Positions 12,580 to 24,790 of a stretch of DNA of 63,644 nucleotides are shown here, piece by piece. The stretch lies in assembly GCA_030264375.1 (NCBI GenBank), contig JASCQW010000190.1:23159732-23223375 (forward strand). Direction: 5' to 3'. Numbering within the stretch: the first letter of the stretch is position 1; every line of letters starts with the position of its first letter. This DNA comes from Carcharhinus longimanus (Eukaryota). A program made the translations under genes and the position numbers. The notes beneath the pieces were generated by a model. It saw only the letters and a list, made by a program, of their open reading frames with translations. It ran no database searches and had not been told where the DNA came from.

Positions 12580-14039
12580 AATGTATAGTAGGGTAATATA
12601 TGGAATGTCTAGTGCAAACTCAAAAGGTATCGGGAGAACAATTATATCGAAGCAAAAATACAAGAATGATATCCACTGATTATGGATTTTGTTGGTTATA
12701 GATGCGTTTTTTGTGTTTTTACTGTATTTAGGTTTTAATCATCCTAGTACCTCTAATGCCCTGAGATAAACATTCTAAAAAGGAACTGTGCTGGTATCAA
12801 AATTGCATGTTTAACCATAACAACTGAATAACAAGATTTCAAGGATTGATTTAACATAATACAAGTTCTATAAATAGTGACAATGGGGAAATTTTAACCT
12901 GAAAGAACATGTTGGCTTGGCATGTTGGATATGAAAATGTAAGCACTTCAGGAAGTAGATTCCAACCCACCAAATTCTGCACTTAACTCGAGCTCATTAG
13001 GCTGCTTGCAGAATCCCCTTGGGAGAGATGGCTTCTATGTTACCATACGGTAATCATTGAATTGGAATTCTCTTTCAACTGATCTTGAAATTTAATAGAA
13101 CATCCATGAATTTCCTGGGTTTTCTGAAATTCAACAGTGAAGGAAAGGTGAGAACACAACAGCAGTTGAGGGGGCTGGATCAATCTCTTGGAAATACTGC
13201 TTTCTTACTTGTTAGTGGAAAGACTTTGTTTACAGTACTTTTTTTAAGCATTTACTCTCTATATGTTGCCGGCTTTAAGAGCCACATCAGGATGGTTTGC
13301 ACGTTAGCTGCCTTACATTGGACCTCGGGCAAGAGAATATCAGCACCTGGAAGTTCCTCTCCAAGCTACCCACCATTTGAACTTGGAAATATATCGCTGT
13401 TCCTTCATAGTCACTGGGTCAAAATCCTGGAACTCCCTCCCTAATAGCATTGTGGATATTACCTGCACCACATGGACCTCAGTGGCTCAAAAAGGTAGCT
13501 CAGCACCACCTTCTCAACAGTAATTAGGGATGGGAAATACATTTTAAGTTTATTTATTAGTGTCACAAGTAGGCTTATATTAACATTGCAATTACTGTGA
13601 AAATCCCTTAGTTGCCACGCTCCAGCACCTATTTGGGTACACTGAGGGAGAATTTAGCATGGCCAATGCACCTAATCAGCACGTCTTTCGGACTGTGGGC
13701 GGAAACCTGAGCACCTGGAGGAAACCCACATAGACACAGAGAGAACATACAGACTCCACACAGACAGTTACCTAGGCCAGGAATCGAACCCAGGTCCCTG
13801 GTGCTGTGAGGCACAGTGCTAACCATTGTGCCACTCACATGCTGGTTTAAGCAGTGACACCCACAACAAAGAACGATTTTTTTTTGAAAATGAGTATATA
13901 ACCAGCAGCAGTCTGCTATTCAGATACCTGTAGCCTGATATCATTGACAGGATCAGCAACAGACTGTTGTTTGGAGAACTGCGGCTTCCTTTTGTTATGT
14001 TTATAGGACATAGGGGTTCAGCAGAGGTCTGTGTTTCAG

Positions 14040-14600
14040 CTATACCTGAAACACAGGCTGTACAGGCAGATGATAAGCTTCCTTCACATGTTGGAGCACC
14101 AGTACCGCAGGAGACTCAGGTTGCCATGTCAGATGTGGCAGTTATTTGCAGCCTTAAGACACAAGAACTGCTGCCAACTGAATCTGTCGAAGTCTATGCT
14201 GCCCTCAACTTCTTTCCCTCTGGGTCCTTACAGGACTCTGTCAGAGACATTTGCAGAATCTCCCACAAATGCATTTGCAAGATTCCCAGGAAGCTGTCAT
14301 CTTGATGCTGATGCATCCCAGCTCCCTGGTGTCTTTGGATCTGGAAGCACAAGTAAGTGATGACCATTAGGAGACTAAGAATATTCCCTTCAAACTTAGG
14401 CAATCCCACCAATCAGGCCAAATGAAGATCAACCATTATTGCCATATGACCAGCAGAAATGTGATTGCATAAGCTATTCACATTCGGAAGACACAATTCA
14501 AGTGCCTAGACAGAACTGGAGATGCCCTTCAATACACATTAGCTAAGGTGTTCAGAATGGTCATGGTGTGCTGGGCTCTGCAAAACGCAGAGCAGCAAGA
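14040..14600 (+). mobile_element. PIF/Harbinger transposase pseudogene
   Basis: AALNFFPSGSLQDSVRDICRIS and FKCLDRTGDALQYTLAKVFRMVMVCWALQN match HARBI1-type DDE transposase motifs. Confidence 0.8.
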
Positions 14601-15399
14601 TTTGGACCTGCAAGGAAGACAAGGCACACTGCAGATCCTCACTGGGTATTTTGAGAAGGAAAAGCAAAACCAGGATGGTGAGGAGAAAGTAGGTTATGAA
14701 GATAATGCACTACCAGCTGCTCACATTGCTGCTTAGGATGTCAGGGATGCCCTTACTTATAATGCAAGGTTCATTTAATTTGCACCAGTGGACTAATGTC
14801 AGAAGCACATGCACTGGTGACTCTTCCAACCTCCTCAATGGCACTGACAGAAAGCAGTCCCGCAAACTATCAACCACTCTTTGCATATCCCCCATCCAGT
14901 ATCTAGGGAAATTCATACAATTTATAGTCTTCCCATTCACCATCAAATCATTTAAAATGCAAAATCACTCAGTATCCAAAAATGAGAAAGACTGGAAAAT
15001 GGTACAAAAGCTTAAAATTTATACATCAAAGTAAAGAATAGAAAGTTTGCAACATAACATTTTGTCTCAAAACTCATGTGCATACATTTGTGAAACTATG
15101 AAGTTTTATATTTCTGCTTCCTACTACTCCTTTAGCAGACGTACAGTAGATTTTCAGATCCCTACTTTGATTGCTGAAGTGTCCTGAGAATCAACATCTT
15201 TGAGTTTTGGAACCTATCAGAGGATTATCTTCCTTCCTGTATGGCCACACTCAACCACTGGGCCTCAAGGCAGCATGTCAGATACTAAATAGTGTGTAGA
15301 GTAATGAGTGGGTTGGTATGCATAGCAGGACGTAGCAGGATGTGCAACTCTACTTACTCTTTCTGACCTGGTTAGATAATTAAAATGCTTCCTGCACTA

Positions 15400-15570
15400 A
15401 ATTCACAGCATGGTACAATATTCCTGCTGCTGACCTCCAGCTGAGCCTTCTTCGTGTAAGCAGCAGGCTTCTTCTTTCAACTGGCGAAGAGTGTCTCTCT
15501 CTGGTTTCTCATGACCCTCAGCAGCACATCAAATGAGGCGTCACTGACACAGGGCACAGATCACCCTGAA
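15400..15570 (-). mobile_element. Harbinger Myb/SANT-like partner gene remnant
   Basis: Minus strand reads SDASFDVLLRVMRNQRETLFA, convergent with the transposase remnant. Confidence 0.55.
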
Positions 15571-15902
15571 TCTACTGTCAAAGATCTTCCTTTCTTCTTC
15601 CAACTCCCAACTCCTATCAATTCCAACTTTGGATCCGACCTTTAAATACTGGAATTGAAATCACGCCAAGTGGGTCTGCATAAAGCCAGTTGCCGCACAA
15701 TCAACACCAACCCCAGAAGTAATATGATAATGAGCTGGCTGTATCGGAAAGACAATGACAGACGCGCAGAAATTACGTCCGGATTTCCCAAATTATATCA
15801 AATTCTCACCCAACCCTAATGCATTTTAATTGAAAATTGGGGCCAAAGATGACACGGTGAGTTATGTAAGAATGTAATTTAACTTAAAAATCATCTACTG
15901 TT

Positions 15903-16212
15903 GAGGTCTTTTGGTGTAGTGGGTTGTATCCCTACCTCTGGGCCAGGTGAGCCCCACGTCAAGACTTGATGGCGACGAGAGTGTGTTCATAATGTGGCCA
16001 AATGCGTAAATTATCAACTTGTAAATCCTTCCCATATGTCTGTGCTATGTTGTAAGAGTAGGAGAGTCACCTGGTCAGCTACATTCAATGTGGATTGGCA
16101 CCCATCAAGATATAGCCTCTCCTAATAGGCTAGCAAACCGTTTCAGGAAAAAACAAGCTATGGAAACAAGCAGAAGCACATGCTTTATGTGCCTCTAGAT
16201 GTGGGAAGAGAG
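15903..16212 (+). mobile_element. Old tRNA-derived SINE (non-HE1)
   Basis: A-box-like TGGTGTAGTGG head, then ~300 bp ending in a purine-rich tail. Confidence 0.4.
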
Positions 16213-16729
16213 AAGTTAATTTACCGGAGTTCATTTGTTCAAAACTGACCTTCCCTGTTATTTGTAATCACAGAATACTGATGAATGCCATCTATCATGG
16301 TGAGGTCCCGTGTATTCGTTTATAGTAATGCTATTTGTGCAAAATAATTTGCTTTGGTTATACCATTTGAAAATAAATTCAAGATAGTTCATTTCCTAAC
16401 TGCATTTATATTTGTATTCCTTTGGCAGAATGTTCACTTTTTTAAAGCACAACACTGTAAATTTATTCAATATAGTGTATAGGAGCTTTAAAAAGTGTGT
16501 ACGCAGTGTGTTAAAAATTCATTAAGACTGTTAGCCTTAAAGAGATGGGAATCATAAGCTTGCACTGCCTGCTCATCACCATGATTGGGGCATGGAACCT
16601 GGCGTTAACAGGTTACACATTGGTCAGGGACTGCAGATGCATGTATGGCTAGCATACAGCTTGCCTGCAATTCTTAAAGGAGAATGTGCCTTCAGGCAAC
16701 AGCAGTTGGTGGAACAGTTTGTGAAAGTC

Positions 16730-17385
16730 AGCACACCAGAAAAAGAGCCCTCAAATTCTCTGAAGCGGTGATGGAGCTTGATAAGAATAGAGTCTTCCCC
16801 ATGGGGGCCAGGCACATGAAGGCAACCAGCACAGGATACATGCCTAACATTCTTATGCTCCACCTCATCCACACAAAGTTCTCTGTGCTGCCAGTCTCAT
16901 GCACATGTCTTGCACCTTCCATGTACTTCCAGCTATTCAGCAATGACAGGAACAACATCCATACATATTGCAACAGTCTCACTGACGCCATTCCCTCTCT
17001 CTTGCAGGACAAGGCAGCAGGGAAGAATGAGTGAAAATAAGTTCATCGGCATTTTCTGAGTCCCTTGAAGGGGATAGCTCTGTGAATTATTAAGCCAGCA
17101 ATGACTAAACATTTAGCATCCCTGAGAGCATTCAGGATGCACGCAATGCACTCAAATCCCACTTCACTCTTGTGCTGTTATCTAGCATTGAATGCAAACT
17201 GTAGATTGTACCCATGACGTCTCGCTTTCCACTAACTCTACTTCCCTCAGCCTAACTGTCCCCTTGTGCATTTTTGTTTCCAGACACCCAAGAACTGGCA
17301 CCAGGCTAGCCAATGCAGCCTCACCACGAAAGGCATGAGCAACAGCACACATCTGCTGAAGAAGCACCATCACTTTATCTGACAC
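16730..17385 (+). mobile_element. Second Harbinger Myb/SANT-like remnant
   Basis: RKRALKFSEAVMELDKNRVFPMGAR resembles the N-terminus of Harbinger DNA-binding proteins. Confidence 0.4.
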
Positions 17386-17389
17386 TCAA

Positions 17390-17832
17390 TTGGAATCAAT
17401 GGCTGCTATTCTGGTTGGCAATTGATGACCAGTGGAGTGCCGCAGGGATCGATGCTGGGGCCTCAACTGTTTACCATGCACATAGATGATCTGGAGGAGG
17501 GGGCTGAGTGTAGGGTGATGAAATTTGCTGATGGCACAAAGATGAGTGGAAAAGCAAATTGCGTGGAGGGTGTGGAAAGTCTGCAGAGGGATCTGGATAG
17601 GCTGAGCGAGTNNNNNNNNNNNNNNNNNNNNNNNNNNNNNNNNNNNNNNNNNNNNNNNNNNNNNNNNNNNNNNNNNNNNNNNNNNNNNNNNNNNNNNNNN
17701 NNNNNNNNNNNGGGAGAAAGCGGGAAAGTGGAGCTGATCCACTTCAGATCAGCCATGATCTTTTTGAATGGCAGGGCAGGCTCGAAGGGCTAGATGGTCT
17801 ACTCCTGTTCCTATTTCTTATGTTCTTATGTT
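17390..17832 (+). mobile_element. CR1 LINE fragments spanning a gap
   Basis: TSGVPQGSMLGPQLF...KFADGTK...LQRDLDRL, with a (TTCTTATG)n tail. The same tail occurs at 1-77, 18170-18230, 45540-45888 and 57978-58047. Confidence 0.9.
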
Positions 17833-19825
17833 CACTCAGCAACCACCTTGGATACTGGTACTGCTCGTAAATTAGAGATTAATAGAGAAGCAGGATCAGT
17901 ACACAGTGAGTCACTGGGACAAATGGGTTGCTGCAAGGCCCAGAAAGCGTAAAGTACACGTGCAGCTTGCCAGACAAAAAGGATGCAACAGGTTCTACTG
18001 GAAAGGATTCTTTGATGGGACGATGTCAAGAACATTACACCAATGATGGTACGGAGCCAAATTTTACAACCATAAGTGTATCCCTCTGTGAATAAACTGG
18101 AATTTGTTTAATGCATTGAATTAATATAAAATAGTAATGTAATAGTAATTACATTAAAACAGTAATGTAACGGGGCAGGCTCAAAGGGCTAGATGGCCTA
18201 TTCCTGCTCCTATTTCTTATGTTCTTATGTTTTATTAACAGCAGCTGAGCATATTTCAATGACTGCATTTAAATTTTGTGTTTGTCTTTGGTGATTGAAT
18301 GAAGCACCAAGTCAATGGAAAGTAAAATTAGATCTGTGTAAAACAGACACTGATCTGACTGGGTGGTTTAGGTTAAATTTCCCTCCTTGCATTTCTTCAT
18401 GAGTCTCTCATCCTTAAAATATATTGCATGCAGTTATTTATGTCATCAATTATGTGAATATTAAACACATTACAAGATGGACATGTTTTTACACAACTTT
18501 ATTGATTAGGAATATTACATAGTGGTGCCCAAAGTAAAATGCACAAATTAAACCTGTCAAGATCTAAGCCAAGGGATTTTTTAAATTATTCATTTTATTA
18601 CTTTCTTGCTGCTTTATCCCTGCAGTGATTTATTTCCTTCAGATAATCTCTTCCTTTGGTTGAAAGGAATTGATCCTACCAAGTCTCTAATAACACAGGT
18701 GGCACGGTGGCACAATGGCTAGTACTGCTGCCTCACAGCACCAGGGACCTGGGTTCAATTCCAGCCTTGGGTGACTGCCTATTTGGAGTTTGCACATTCT
18801 TNNNNNNNNNNNNNNNNNNNNNNNNNNNNNNNNNNNNNNNNNNNNNNNNNNNNNNNNNNNNNNNNNNNNNNNNNNNNNNNNNNNNNNNNNNNNNNNNNNN
18901 NACACCCCTTCCCCTCTCCCCACACATGCTCCCTCCATCTCCCCATTCCCTCCTCCTCCATCTATCCATTCGTCTTTTATCATCTGCACCCATTGACATT
19001 CCCTCTCCTTTCATCTCACATTCAATTAATCCCATTTCTTTCAAATGATGATTGGGATACTTTTTCTGTTTTTTCCTTCTTGATCCTTTGGATATATGAT
19101 GTCAGGGTCTGGGGAAGAAGAGTGGGAGTTGGTGGTGTTGGTCTGCTTGATGGGTAAAATGGACTGCCACTGCTTATTGATGTTTCCTTCTTGGTTGTTG
19201 CAGGGAGAGGACGAAAAAGAGAGAATGGATCCAATGGAATTTTAGTGCCCCTTATGAGCATTAACAGCTAACTGAACCCATAAGTCATTGTTAATCATGA
19301 GTGGAGTTGTAGAAACACAGTCAGCAATGGGAATGATTCTGAGACCATTGTGTATTGCTGAAAAAAAATGCTGTCAAAGCTTTTTCTCCTGCACTCTTCA
19401 AGACAGAAGAATGTCAAATTTCAAAGGGAACAACAACTTATACTGCATGTGAAAAAGATGCTGGTTGGTTAACAAATGGGATGGGATTTTCCAGCCACAT
19501 TCACCCCAAAAATGGAAAATAGTGCCAGAGGTCAATGAACCTTTACATGGTCAGTCCCCTGCCCACAACCATTCCTGTGGTGGGCGGTATGGAAAAATTC
19601 TCCATGTGGACTCTGGTTGAATCATTACCATGGTAAATGCATCAGAGAGATACTCTTCCCCTTTTGTTTATTCAACATTTGATCAGTCCTTTTGCTTGCA
19701 GAGGGTAGGTCCCTACATATATGCAGCTTACAGCAAGTATAAATGAGCTCCATTGTGAACCCAATTAATAACCTTCAATGGGTAGCTAGTGTAAATTCTT
19801 AGCTCATTTGGGATTCCTCACTGTC

Positions 19826-20127
19826 ATGGGTGGTACAGTGCTGCCTCACAGCACCAGGGACCTGGGTTCAATTCCAGCCTTGGGTGACTGCCTATTTGGA
19901 GTTTGCACATTCTTCCCATGTCAGCATGGGTTTCCTCTGGGTGCTCCGGTTTCCTGCCACAGCCCAAAGATGTGCAGGTTAGGTTAATTGGCCATGCTTA
20001 ATTGACCTTAGTGTCAGGGGGATTAGCAGGGTAAATGTGTGGGGTTAAGGGAATAGGGCCTGGGTAGTATTGTGGTTGATGCAGATTCCAAAAACCTCCT
20101 TCTGCACTGTAGGCATTCTGTGATTCC
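19826..20127 (+). mobile_element. HE1 SINE
   Basis: Head, core and CR1-type tail ending ATTCTGTGATTC. Confidence 0.9.
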
Positions 20128-21687
20128 AACCATCTGCTTTCATGCTGAGCAACGCTCAGAAAGCGAAATTAAGTGTTATTGTTTGAATAAATTCCTTCAA
20201 CTTGGATAAGCAAATTGAAGCCTGGGATCTTGACCTCCTGCAGTCAAATGTGTCCTTTGTTGATATAGTTATGGAGAGCTTTATGATAGGGAATGAAAAA
20301 TTATCATATTTCTAATACATGCTGCTTTACAGAAAGAAATTCTATGATAATATGAACACTGAAACATAGGCCTGGTATGTCATCTGCACATTGGTGAAAG
20401 TATAATATGCAGTTTCTGGCGATTGCTAGGTTTGCAGAGTTTCTGTGAAAAATTTGTACTGAATATGAGTTTAGTTCATGAGCTTATTTCTTCAATAGAG
20501 CTGCTCATCTCAGCTTTTCCCTTCAGGATGCTTTTCTGAAGACTGACAGAGCTCATTAAATGTGGATGGATGATTACAAGTGCCAGCCAGTCCAGGGGCT
20601 CAGGCTTTGATGATTGCAAGATTGCAATCCTATGCAACTTCAGTCAATTGTAGTTAATAGGTTGTCAATTTCAGCAATGTGACAACAGTTCTGAATTGAA
20701 ACTATCCTTTCACATATAGAAATATATACCAAAACTTGGATAAGAACCAAGATCAGACAAGTGATAGAGGACTGGATTTTCCTCCATCCAACAAAAATGC
20801 TGCGAGCTGGGACTTTGCACTGCCCATGTGGCAGGATCAGAAATCCAAATTATTGTCCTAAAGTGAACCTACTTTTTTTTTTTGTTTTTATTCCGATTCA
20901 ATCAAATCAAGTCAAATTCAGAGTCTCAACAAGTTGAGACATTCCCAATCCAAACTGACAAGACAGGGCTCTCACCTCCTGTCTTGGGCTTGATCTACAT
21001 GATCCAAGCTGAATGAAGTAGGCATAACTCCTCCTCCAAGGCTTGATCTCATTTGCATCTTACCGCTTTTAAAAATTGCTTCAAATGAAGCTAAAATGTA
21101 ACCTAATGACTTCAACCAAGCACAACATACTTTTTTCTACAGGATGAATGTGACACAAGATCTAGAGATAGCCATAGGAATTTGTGGGGTATAGCCAGAG
21201 GATCAATTTCAGAGAGTTTGAATCTTAAAAGAGCCTATGTTCCTGAATACTGGACTGATAAATTTCCCCAAAGGAAGGAATTTTTTCTGGTGCTAAAGAC
21301 CGAAAATCACAGAGTGGGGAAGTGCAAGTGGTGTAAGGAATCTCAGGCAATCAAGCACATCTGTCCCTAAATTCTTTGCAAATTCACAATAGCTTGCCAT
21401 GTTTGATCTCTATTTCAAAGGGAAATGTTATAGTTTAGACAACACAGCAGCCAATTTATTACAGCAAGCCCCACAAACAGGATGGAGTAAGTATACCTGA
21501 GGAGGAGGGGGGCTCAGTCCGGTGAGGGGGTAGTTGGGGAAGGTGTGTAGGAAGGTAATTGGAGATCGCAGAAGTGTAGTGGGGTGTGGAAGATAGGTGG
21601 ATGTTGTGAGGTAGTTGGGGGCTTTAAGGGAGTTCGGGCTTGGGGGCAGTCAGCAGGGTAGACAAGTGTGGAAATGTGAGGTATTTT

Positions 21688-22690
21688 TGTAAGATTCTGA
21701 GAATTCTATTATTTTTTATAATCTGTGGTATTTATGGATTTTATTCTATAAACACAGTTTAAAATTAAGTGACTCAGGTCTGACTTATTGTTGGGCAATT
21801 GACAGTCAAGGTTGTTGGGATGACAGGAAAAGCAGATGTTTGTGAACAAACTTGTTTTTTTGTTTTATGATGGATCACATTTGAGTTGAGCTGAAGCTAT
21901 CTTAATGGTCAAATGATTAGGTGTTTGCTTTTAAATTAGTTTGAAGGGATAATTAAAACAGTGTGAATTTAGGATGACATCTAATGTTAATCAAACCATG
22001 TATGTTTTAATGGATCTGTACCAGAGAGTCAAAACCTTTATTCTCTGATATTTTAGTAAGAAGTGGTCTTAATTGTTGACGTTCATATTTTTTGTGTGGG
22101 ATATGGGTTAAGATATATTAAGACTATATGAGAATGTAACTTTATTTATGTCTTCTCTGTAGCTGGAAGGAGACGTGCATTTGTTTGTGATGGAATATAA
22201 ACTTCTAGAGTTTATGACTCATGAAGCAGGGGTTGTTCCAAAGGTGAAGTGACATGAGATGAATTGTGTCCTATAGCCAATAGGATAAGTGAATTTGGAC
22301 CATCTCCAAGAAAGAAAGGAGGAATAGGAGACTGGAGGGGGATAACAGTTGAGGAATTCTAATTCTTGCTGGTCCAGCATTGTCATGGCTTCTAGGGTAC
22401 AACTCTTCTGGACACAGTTTACACCAGTTCAAAAACAAAGGGGAGGGATATCGCCTGTGCTGACAACACCAAGATTTCCTGCGATCTTGAGAGATGAGAA
22501 GCTTCAATATTGTCTGCACTGCTTGTTAAGCAAATATGAAATCTTTCTTAATAAATTCTACTTGATTCATAAATACTAGTTACTTGTAGGTCAAGCACAA
22601 CTGAGGTGCCTAGTGCTGGAAATTTAAGACTCAGATCTTAAACTTTGTTTACATTAGAACGGTTTTATCCTCAAACCCCTAAATCTTACA
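21688..22690 (+). mobile_element. Solo LTR (~1.0 kb)
   Basis: Starts TGTAAGATT and ends AATCTTACA (9-bp terminal inverted repeat, TG..CA). Internal TATAAA ~22196 and AATAAA ~22549. Flanks TTTT/TTGT. Confidence 0.65.
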
Positions 22691-23112
22691 TTGTCTCTCA
22701 CTCATCTCCAGGAATAGGAATGTCATCTTCAGTAGACCTTCACAATAAGAAACCATGCATTTGCACGATGCATTAAAAGACAAGACCATTGTCATGAATA
22801 GCAAATGTTTACAGTGAATGAAAACCCATGAGCCAAAAGTGATACCAAGGTCATTTATTTTTTCTAAACCAAATACTACTGGCGAGATTTTTCAGTCCCG
22901 GGTAAATTTCTGCCCAAGGTTGATGGTTCTTCCAATGGTCTGTTAAAATGTCTATCCCACCCGCAACAATTCCTGTTGTGGCAGGATCAGATAATTTATC
23001 CCTACATCTTGGTGGATCTTCAACATCTGCAGCAGAAGTGGAGGCAGCTTGCTCACTGCTACACCCTGTTGTTTCTAATTACTTTGACAAGTATCCTGTG
23101 CCTGTTTTTGGT

Positions 23113-23320
23113 CTCTTGCTGTAAGGCAGATGAACGCTCCTCAGGCTGCTTTGGATCTCCTGCTGTGAGGCAGGTGAACCCTCCTCAGGCTGCTTTGGAT
23201 TTCCTGCTGTGAGGCAGATGAACCCTCCTCAGGCTGCTTTGGATCTCCTGCTGTGGGGCAAGTGATCCCTTCTCAGGCTGCTTTGGGTCTCCTGCTGTGA
23301 GGCAGGTGCACCCTCCTTAG
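23113..23320. repeat. 44-bp minisatellite, ~4.7 copies
   Basis: Unit CTCCTGCTGTGAGGCAGGTGAACCCTCCTCAGGCTGCTTTGGAT, starting at 23113, 23157, 23201, 23245 and 23289. Confidence 0.95.
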
Positions 23321-23944
23321 CCTATGCAGCTGGAAGTGATGGGGTCACAGGCAGAGGATATTGGATGGGCTGAACACTCGTGGAGACACTGAGAGATTGA
23401 CACCAGAGTGTCCAGCTGCTAGCCCTCCTCCATGTGGGTGCCCCAGGGTCCAAGTCTGACTTCTTGAGGAGAAGGGGAACATGGAGTGAAGTCTAGGTGC
23501 CCTGCTCCCTCTTGTATAACCACCAATCCTATAACAATGGAGTGATGATGTGAGTGCGACTCCAGCAGATCTGCTGGACTAAGGTGTCCAAGGTGACATC
23601 TACTCTCAGAGGTCTCAGAGCCAGAGCCTTGGTGCTTGACTGCAATGTGATAACATTAAACCCTATGACTGAGGTGTCTAACCACCTAATACCTGCCCAC
23701 ACCTCACCCAAACACAAGTCATTCATGCTCCATTTGGGCCTCGTGCTTGCCTCTGCAGCAATTAATTTGTTACCCGTCTCTCCACCACAAGTATATCTGA
23801 AGCATTGTGGGTTTGTTTAGTCAGCCTATGCACTCCTGTATACTTAACAACTTCTCTCTTATTTTTGATAGCATCAATGCATTGAGCTCAGTTCCAGTGA
23901 AGCAAAGGTGCTGTTGAATTTTGAGCTCATAACAAATTTCTTTA

Positions 23945-24790
23945 AGACTTTTTAAAAATATATTTTTATTTGAGTTTTTCCATTTTTACAAATAGCACAA
24001 CCCTCAAATCGTACAGTACAGCTTATAAGATCAATATATTTCTTAAAGGCACAGTATCGTCACACAGTATAATATTTTAAGTTGGGTCTCCTTTATTCTA
24101 TTACAGATGGAGATTGGCATTTTCCAAGATACAGCCCCACGTCTCCTTATCAATAATCATTGCATGAGATCTTTTCCCCAAGATCACAAAATCTCTGGCA
24201 TTTTCACACAGGATCTAGAACATAACATGTCATAAAACTTGCTGAATAATTGCTTTGGTTCCATAGATATCAGGATTCTTTCCACTGGGGAGATGCTAGC
24301 ATCGAGGTTTTTCCTACAGCCTCGGTGTCCCAGATTGTCAAAGAATTCTGTCATGTCACTCAGATGCTTGTCCAAGGATTCTAAGTGGGCCTCAACCAAG
24401 GAAACCAGATTTTCAACAGTCACAATTCTCTCCTCCGCTTCATCAAGCCTTTTGCCAGAATTCACCAGTTCTATAGTATGAGCGTTGATATTTTGCACCA
24501 GTAGACCTAGTTTCTCATCAATGACCTTAATAATGTTAGCAGTCCTCAGTTGTAATGCCTTCAAGGGTGTCACATCGAGATCCCGTTCGTTCACTAAGTC
24601 ACCATGTTGAGGAGTCGGCTTCACTCTAGTTAATTCTGATTGCTCTCTTTTGGTAACAATTTTCTTAATACTTCTCAGCATTTTGTCACTAATGTTTAAC
24701 TAGAAATCTTCCAAGGACATATGGAGTTTTCACTTGAAGATTAGATATGTATGAACTGTGTAAACAGTAGTGCCGAGTAGTGCCAGAGCT
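23945..24790 (-). mobile_element. Internally deleted L1-clade element (ORF1p coiled-coil remnant)
   Basis: KRLDEAEERIVTVE...LESL...DNLGHRGCRKN resembles L1 ORF1p (LEDLENRSRRNN). An A-rich 3' end follows within ~350 bp. Confidence 0.65.

Noticed and set aside
18727-19914. Identical ~75-bp SINE heads at 18727-18801 and 19841-19914
   Set aside because: The first copy ends at a gap, so this is probably repeat collapse during assembly rather than gene conversion.
23113-23320. CRISPR-like array
   Set aside because: The units are contiguous with no unique spacers, there are no cas genes, and the context is vertebrate.
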